Below, piece after piece: positions 43,836 to 51,367 of a stretch of 51,367 nt of DNA. Both the position numbers and the translations under genes were made by a program. The stretch is from Octopus bimaculoides (lineage: Eukaryota): the NCBI RefSeq assembly GCF_001194135.2, contig NC_068983.1, positions 10,499,642 to 10,551,008 on the forward strand, written 5' to 3'. How positions within the stretch are numbered: position 1 is the first letter of the stretch; every line of letters starts with the position of its first letter. The notes below the pieces were generated by a model. The model saw only the letters and a list, made by a program, of their open reading frames with translations, ran no database searches and had not been told where the DNA came from.

Positions 43836-46800
43836 AAAACAGAGCCAAATATGTATTTGGGGAATATAAAAGCAGGACACATGATCAAGTGATATCTGTG
43901 AAATAATTTAGAGTATTATCAGTTAGGCACTCAATCTCATTAAAATGTTTTTTTGGATATTTTGTCAAGAAGGAACTCACAGTATCTGTGTACAATTCTC
44001 TTGGTTTCTGAATTTAATGACTAGCATTATTGAAAGTATTTTAAAAAATGAAATACATTTCTTTAAAAAAATATCGCATATTTCTTTTTACTTAGGTAAC
44101 CATAAATACACACACACCTTATTTTTATCATTTGTCATGAAAACAGTTGTAAGAATGATTGAAAAAATTTTACTGATTTGTAAATGAAAGAGATAGATTT
44201 ACAAATTGGATTTCAATGAAGAGTCTGATTGATTTCTAGAACCATATGATATAGATATGCACACATATGGCAACAGTTTTTGATTGTCAAAATTATTTTA
44301 AAAAATATCTGTCCAGAGGTGCTATCACTTGAATAGATATAAAATTGTTCCTTATTTTATTTGTTGTGGGGTTTATAGAAAAACTAAATACTCTAAGATT
44401 GATGAACTGATTTGTATGAAACTTCACAAAATACTTCTTGTTTTAACTCTTACAGCCAACATTGGAGTTCTTCCTATTATTGTACTAGCTATTTCTTTAC
44501 AACTGGTTTCAGGTTTTCCCATTTTCCCTAAGATTCCACTAATATTTATTTATATATATTTCTTTGCCTTGTCTTTCCAAATGCATTTTGAATGAAAATC
44601 ATTTCACTTAACAAGAGTTATAAAATAAAATTTGTTGTTTCCTTTTTAAATCTTGGGAGTCTTGTGTTAATACTTTACAAACATATTTTTCTCATCTTCT
44701 CTTGTAGCAGATTATTTTCAATGAAATATATTTTTAAAAAGGGAGAATGATTCATTTTGAATTCTATTTCATTTATTTTTGATGGAAAAAACCTAAGGAA
44801 AGGAGTTTCAGAAAAGAAAAGAAAAAAAAATTGTTGCTGTTTAGCTTCTAGGTCAGAACTTATTCAACAATCATATGATGAAAAGCATTCCTGCCTTGAC
44901 CATCCTGATTTTTTAAAGGCATCTTGTATCTAATACATGGTTTAATGTAGTCCTTGATAATCTTTTCAAGATGGAAGGATGGATTTAAGGGAAATTTGGC
45001 TGCTATTTCTAGCATGCCAAATAACCACATAGATGCTCTGTGTAGTGTGTACCTGACAGATGAAACATGTATATTAACTCATTACTGTGGAATTAAAGTG
45101 CTATGATTTGTTCATGATGAAATGCAAACTAAATCTTCTGTAAAGGGACAAATCTACGATCAACGAATTTCCAGCATGGACCACCTCATTATTTTTGTAC
45201 ATGATAGGCTACACATGTTGAACAACTGTGCAGAGACTCTCTCATTGGTCCAGTAATAGTACTGAGAAAGTACTTGATTAAATAGATGTTAGGGACAAAT
45301 GTGGCTGTGTGGTAAGTTTGCTTCCCAATCACATCGTTGTGGCACTTTGGACAAATGTCTTCTATAGTCCCGGGCTGACTAATTCCTTGTAAGTAGATTT
45401 GGTTGATGGAAACTGAATGTAGCTAATTATGTTGTGTAAGTAGTGTTCTTCATTTATTTTTCCATGAAGACATGTCTGGTCATCGGGAAATAATACCTTG
45501 CTTGAAAATAGGTGAGGATTGGTATCTGGCTGTAGAAAATCCACCTCAAATTCTGTCAGACCAATGCAAGGACAAGTGAACAGTAAAGCTATGATGAATG
45601 AAACCAGATGCAGCCAAGAGTGACAGGTGAGTAACAAAACAAGATATAAAAAAGAATTGCAGCTTCTTGTATTTGATGAGAAAAATAAAAGAAGCCAAGG
45701 AATAAAAGAAAAGACAAGAATGCTTTTGAGTAAAAAAATATTTTAATAGTCTTTTTTTGTTTGTTTTTACACAGCAATTTATTTGCTGAGAATGGAATGA
45801 AATATAAAATGTTTATTCTTTTATTTTCTCTTAAGAATATCAAATATTGTAAAATACAATAAGATGGTAAGTCAGTTACCAAATTTTTGAACAGGTTGAT
45901 AATGGAAGTGTTATGAAAGTAGAGCCATCAGATCTAAAATTTGGAATATTAAATTAATAATTTTTTTTTTTTATATAATAATAATATGAAGTATAGAGCT
46001 GAAATTTTCTAAAAAAATTCAACATCAACAAAAGAATAAATTAAAGTGAAAATTAGCATTTCAAAGAGAGTTAACAACCATTGCCAATTTGATCAGTTAC
46101 AGCATAAGAAATACAGCAAATTAATTGAAGACACTGGTCTGTTTAGATCATTGTTGTTGATTTAGAAAAGCTATGAAATGCTTCATAGCTTTCTTTCTTT
46201 TGGCTTATGTAAAAGCTATTCTCTTGAAGTAACGGCATAAAAATTTTTCATACGCACATACACAAATGTATATATTATATATTCAGAATATACACACATA
46301 CATATATTATTTCTTCACTATATAAGTAAACAATAAGTATTGAGCAATGAAAAAGCCTCAAAGGAATAGAGAAGGTACAGTTTAGCTTTGTCTGCTTAAG
46401 CCTCAAAACAACAAGAAGTTTATCTCACGTCACTGAAGTTTTATAATTATTTACAATATTACAATGTCTTGTTTCGATTTCTTGTATGCTTATCACAGTT
46501 AGGAGGAGAACACAAAATGGTGACATTTAGTTAACAGTCAACAAAGGTAAGAAAATCCAACTGATGTGGAGAAGAGTCTGAATTGTTACATTATACAGAT
46601 AAAGATATCCAGTCTAAATACTTATTTTATACAGATAGTAAAGTCCAGTCTCAACAGTTGCATTATACATATAAAAGTGTCCCAGTCTAAATTTTTATAT
46701 ATAGAAATATCCTGTCTAAACTATTATATAATATAGAAATGTTCTGTTCAGCTTCATGTTTTATGAAGATATGAGTTGGTACAAAGATAAGAAGTTGTTA

Positions 46801-47564
46801 GATGGAAAAGAAAAGCCCATTTATAAAACAAATTCTTTGTAACTATATTAATGTCAACAAATTACAGAACATGAATAATTAGTTATACTAAACATTACAT
46901 AATGTCAGGAAATAAGTACACAAGTCCGGAGCAGTCACCAAAATGTATAAATAAAAAAAGATAGGGAAGGGGTGTATTGTTAACAAAATATGTAACAAGC
47001 ATAACCATCTACTGTTATATTGGTCTAAGATGGCTTTCCATGAAATCTTGTAGGTCTTGGCCCAAGTGTCTAATAAATAATCATTTTGAAGATAGGCACA
47101 AGGCCTCGAACTTAAAGAAGAAGTTAGTCAATTATATTGATCCAAGTATTGCACTGGTGTTTTATTTAATTGACCTCAGAAAGATGAAAGGTAAAGTTGA
47201 CTTAGGTGGGATTTGAACACAGAATGTAAAGGGTCGTAACTAAGTACCATAAGACATTTGTCCAATGCTCTAACGCTTCTACCACTCCACCACCTTAATT
47301 ATAGTAATAATAAAACAATGGAGAGCCGAGTATCACTACCGAGCCCTATATTGATTGGAAGAAACTTTACGTACAGTCTGTGCTGATAAATCTCAAAAAT
47401 CAGTGTACGACTGCACTGCAATAATTTAAAAGGAAACAACCAGCATTAATAGTCCAATTTTAAGAATAACAACCAGCTTTTATATAAAATGTTGACTTTC
47501 ATATACTTCATTAGACAATCACTCATTTGTTTCCAGTAAATGATTTTAATGATCAAGAAAACTC

Positions 47565-47644
47565 TCACTCACTCACTCACTCACTCACTCACTCACTCAC
47601 ACTCACACTCACACTCTCACTCTCTCTCTCTCTCTCTCTCTCTC
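47565..47644. repeat. (ACTC)n/(TC)n microsatellite in the presumed NADK 3' UTR
   Basis: Directly visible. Confidence 0.9.
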
Positions 47645-47733
47645 AGCAAAAGTGTGATGAACAATCAGCCAATAACAGCCGAATAGATTGTGTAAGCTAG
47701 ATGTTGAAGGGTCCAAAAGGAAGAGACTGGGGG

Positions 47734-47920
47734 TTAGCTGCTATGATTAAACTCTATTTCATCAGAATTCAGACTAGCCATACTTGTGGTCGATGAAGGT
47801 CCTCCTTGCAATTTCCGTACATTCCAATGTAAACATTCAGCTAAACTGTTGAACCAGTCATCAATGGGATCTTTACAACATATTGAAGGAACTGGATGAG
47901 TTGCTGTCTTGATTTTCACA
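47734..47920 (-). CDS. NADK: NAD kinase (cytosolic type), terminal coding exon
   Basis: Acceptor TTTTTGCCTTTGCAG. Encodes VKIKTATHPVPSICCKDPIDDWFNSLAECLHWNVRKLQ...*, resembling human PLPSICVRDPVSDWFESLAQCLHWNVRKKQ. 187 nt, phase 2 start. Confidence 0.93.
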
Positions 47921-48291
47921 CTGCAAAGGCAAAAATTCACATCATTAAGAATGTAAAAATATACAGGCAAAACATTTATATTAAATCAATGTGAACACTG
48001 AATTTCATTGCACAATCAGTATTTTTAGCTGTGAAAAAATTCCTTTTCTATTTATTTTCAGAATCAATATTTTCTCTAATGGCTTAAATATAAAGTCTAA
48101 TAAAATAAACTTGTTTGCCAGTACTTTCATATATATAACCTCCATAAAAATCATTCTAAAGATAACATAATATAGTTTAAAATACCTTTTGCAAAGCAAT
48201 GAAATCACTGTCATGGCTGATGACAGTACCACCTAATTGGCACCTGTGCCAGTGGAATGTTAAAAGCACTGTTCAAGCATGATTGTTGACA

Positions 48292-48491
48292 GGATCACTG
48301 ACTGGTTCCCATGCCAGTGGCATGTAAAAACACCCATTACACTCTTGGAGTGGTTGGCATTAGGAAGGGCATCCAGCTGTAGAAACTTTGCCAGATCAGA
48401 TTGGAGCCTGGTGCAGCCTTCTGGCTCGCCAGTCCCCCAGACAAATCGTCCAACCCATGCCAGCATGGAAGGTGGACACTAAATGACGACG

Positions 48492-48496
<5 letters not shown>
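48292..48496 (+). mobile_element. RTE LINE 3' end, older copy
   Basis: Homologous to 1-234. The tail runs into (TA)n. Confidence 0.7.
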
Positions 48497-48528
<32 letters not shown>

Positions 48529-48568
48529 ATATATATATATATCTTGATATATATATATATCGATATAA

Positions 48569-48601
<33 letters not shown>

Positions 48602-48608
48602 TGATATA

Positions 48609-48643
<35 letters not shown>

Positions 48644-49515
48644 NNNNNNNNNNNNNNNNNNNNNNNNNNNNNNNNNNNNNNNNNNNNNNNNNNNNNNNNN
48701 NNNNNNNNNNNNNNNNNNNNNNNNNNNNNNNNNNNNNNNNNNNNNNNNNNNNNNNNNNNNNNNNNNNNNNNNNNNNNNNNNNNNNNNNNNNNNNNNNNNN
48801 NNNNNNNNNNNNNNNNNNNNNNNNNNNNNNNNNNNNNNNNNNNNNNNNNNNNNNNNNNNNNNNNNNNNNNNNNNNNNNNNNNNNNNNNNNNNNNNNNNNN
48901 NNNNNNNNNNNNNNNNNNNNNNNNNNNNNNNNNNNNNNNNNNNNNNNNNNNNNNNNNNNNNNNNNNNNNNNNNNNNNNNNNNNNNNNNNNNNNNNNNNNN
49001 NNNNNNNNNNNNNNNNNNNNNNNNNNNNNNNNNNNNNNNNNNNNNNNNNNNNNNNNNNNNNNNNNNNNNNNNNNNNNNNNNNNNNNNNNNNNNNNNNNNN
49101 NNNNTATATATATATATATATATGGAGGACTTGTAGGCTCTATCAGCTCTTTTAGGATACAATATAAACTTAGTGTTTTATGTTAAAGATTTACCAGTGT
49201 GTCTCTTTATAATTTTTATCTAAACTGTTTAATTACTGGTATGTAACTCACAGACTGTTCAGCACTGTTGAGAGGGACATAAAATGTAAATGCTATGATA
49301 TAGATGAGCCACAATGTGGCTGCTTGACCTGCTAAAATCAGCAGCAAAATCTCTCTCAAATCGCATCATCTTAGAAAAAACACACTGATTACTATGATAA
49401 TGTGATCCTGAATTTCCTGATTTTGTGGAATACCTTTTATCACAGACTTTCTTAATCAATGCTGACTTGGGGCAAAAAAAGTAACAATAACAATTATAAC
49501 TCAGAGATAACTTAC

Positions 49516-49598
49516 CAATCACCAACCTTCAGCTCCTGCCTGCTACGACCATCAAAAGAAACCCAGGCTGTATTGCGTGCTTCTTTGGATACCATCAA
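49516..49598 (-). CDS. NADK: NAD kinase, penultimate exon (upstream exons lie beyond the window)
   Basis: Acceptor GGTGTTGCAG. Encodes LMVSKEARNTAWVSFDGRSRQELKVGD, resembling human IMLSPEARNTAWVSFDGRKRQEIRHGD. Donor TG|GTAAGT. 83 nt, and the phase joins the terminal exon. Confidence 0.95.
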
Positions 49599-49740
49599 CT
49601 GCAACACCAAATATTTAAAAGACTTTCACACCTTTTTGAATTAGCAATTAGCTGTGTCCAGAATTAGCTGTACACAGAATTAACTCCCCACACAAAAGTA
49701 TATAAGCATACATACAAAAACATGCACATAATCACATATA

Positions 49741-50922
49741 CAGGGTGTTCGGGCTAAATTTGACAAATTTTTATATCCACTTTTTTCAGGAACAGCTTGA
49801 TGCATTGGTGAATAGTATAACGATTAAAGTTGTAGTTGAGATAATGTTAGCTGACATGGAGGACTGGAAGCCATCTGATTACTAGAAAAGAGTTACCTGT
49901 ATCATGACGATTTGCACTAAGTATCAAAATGCCAACATCATTATTGCTTAGAAATAATATATTTCTAAATCTCTCAGAGAGATTTATGCAGTAGTGATAC
50001 ATTGAAGCAGTTGTATGCTGTCATAGACCTAGAAAGCTGCACCATTTCCTGTCGCATCTTCGACTAGTAAGTCATGCTACTCCAGAATGATGATGAGCAA
50101 AGACTCAGAAACATGTCTCTGGATGCAGGCTTAGCTGGGTGGAGGTGCTTGTCTCCCCCTTGTAAACATAAGGACACAGGAAATGTGTCAAGGCCGACAG
50201 GAAGCGGTGCAGCTTCCTAGGTCTAAACAACAGTAGTATTATTCCCTTTATGGGACTGTCACATTAAGTTGACAGCATACAACTACTTCATCATTACTAC
50301 TGTTGAATGCTCTGTAAAGACTGTAAAACATGCAATGGAGACTACAGAGCTGTGGCCAGCAAGAAGAGACATAGCACACATTCTGATTGCATCTGCACAC
50401 TGGAGTTCATCCAATAACTGATGAACAGGGCCTTAGGCTCAATTCAGATGACTATGTGAAACTGGCTGGGTTGTTGATGGAAGATTATATGTGTAGCAGC
50501 AGGATTTGGCACGTTGCCATGCTTCTGTAAAGAGTCAGAAGTGGTTATTGGAGAATTTCTATTTCACCAGCTCTTATTTCTGGCCTCCTTATTCCCCTGA
50601 TTGCAATCCCTTGAATTACTATGTGTAAGGCACGATTAAGAAAGATACCAACTGCTCTACCTGTAAAAATCAAGACCAAGTTTGTGGCCAAGATGAAGGA
50701 GGTATTCAAAGATCTTCTCAGGGACACAATGAAGAATGTGTGTGCTAGGTTCTGCAGCTGTCTTGAGACTGTGGTGGAAGCTGAGGTTGAATAAACTGTT
50801 ATCTCCTGGCCATAATCTAGTTGCTACTATTTTTCACTTTTTAAAATATTTTTATATTCGGATGGAACACTGAGTTTTCTTTTCTGTTTATGTAAACTGT
50901 AAAATTTAGTCTGTACACTGAG
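49741..50922 (+). mobile_element. Decayed full-length DD37D (maT-like) transposon in a NADK intron
   Basis: Left TIR CAGGGTGTTCGGGCTAAATTTGACA and a degenerate right TIR near 50900-50922. QQDLARCH...FWPPYSPDCNPLN has 36 residues between the catalytic positions, consistent with one lost codon from 37. Confidence 0.7.
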
Positions 50923-51029
50923 CATACATGCAAATATACAAACATTCAGCAACCCAAACAAAAGCACTGACACAAATACTTATTACAAATCAGGTATGAA
51001 TCAAAGATATGAAATATTTGTTTGCATGA

Positions 51030-51367
51030 ATCATCATCATCATCATCGTTTAACGTCCGCTTTCCATGCTAGCATGGGTTGGACGATTTGACTGCGGACT
51101 GGTGCAACCGGATGGCTACACCAGGCTCCAATCTAATTTAGCAGAGTTTCTACAGCTGGATGCCCTTCCTAACGCCAACCACTCAGAGAGTGTAGTGGGT
51201 GCTTTTACTTGTCACCCGCACGAAAACAGCCACGCTCGAAATGGTGTCTTTTATGTGCCACCCGCACAAGAGCCAGTCCAGGGGCACTGGCAACGATCTC
51301 GCTCGAAAACCCTACAAGGCCAGTCAGGCGGTACTGGCAACGGTCACGCTCAGGATGGTACATCTTA
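51030..51367 (-). mobile_element. Young RTE LINE 3' end including the hairpin-repeat segment
   Basis: (ATC)n, the reverse complement of 1-234, then GCCAGT-N8-ACTGGC units. Confidence 0.8.

Larger units (their letters stand above)
1624..49104. other. Eight assembly gaps: 1624-1879, 12725-13082, 18691-19174, 25992-26614, 29454-29498, 37946-38587, 42471-43190, 48644-49104
   Basis: N runs, mostly bordered by (TA)n or young repeats. Confidence 0.98.

Noticed and set aside
1500-49162. Long ORFs containing X runs or IYIY, CVCV, HTHT or MMMM tracts
   Set aside because: Artefacts of N gaps and microsatellites.

Overview
AT-rich, repeat-dense animal DNA with eight N gaps. The repeat families and microsatellite load point to an octopus, probably the Octopus bimaculoides draft assembly (inference from pattern recognition only). 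Three spliced genes can be rebuilt by hand with GT-AG introns and consistent phases. (1) A complete 3-exon Cks gene (+, 7799-14933, 78 aa). (2) A complete cation-dependent mannose-6-phosphate receptor gene M6PR/MPR46 (+, 6 coding exons, 24389/24437-43835, about 256-272 aa). (3) The last two exons of a cytosolic NAD kinase (-, 47734-49598), convergent with M6PR. The rest is mostly transposons: RTE-type LINE fragments of several ages, a CR1-type fragment, at least three tRNA-derived SINE families, Tc1/mariner relics of three clades (DD34D, DD37D, DD41D) and MITEs. Main observations: (a) M6PR keeps all trafficking signals but appears to have lost loop D, one disulfide and two of the four sugar-binding signature residues; (b) the codon at the essential Arg position is AAG, one A-to-I edit from Arg, and its exon has inverted repeats nearby; (c) a near-perfect 237-bp palindrome lies in M6PR intron 2; (d) the RTE 3' UTR carries an ordered hairpin array. 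No CRISPR array or other prokaryotic system was found. Comparisons to human proteins rely on sequences recalled from memory and need a real alignment.
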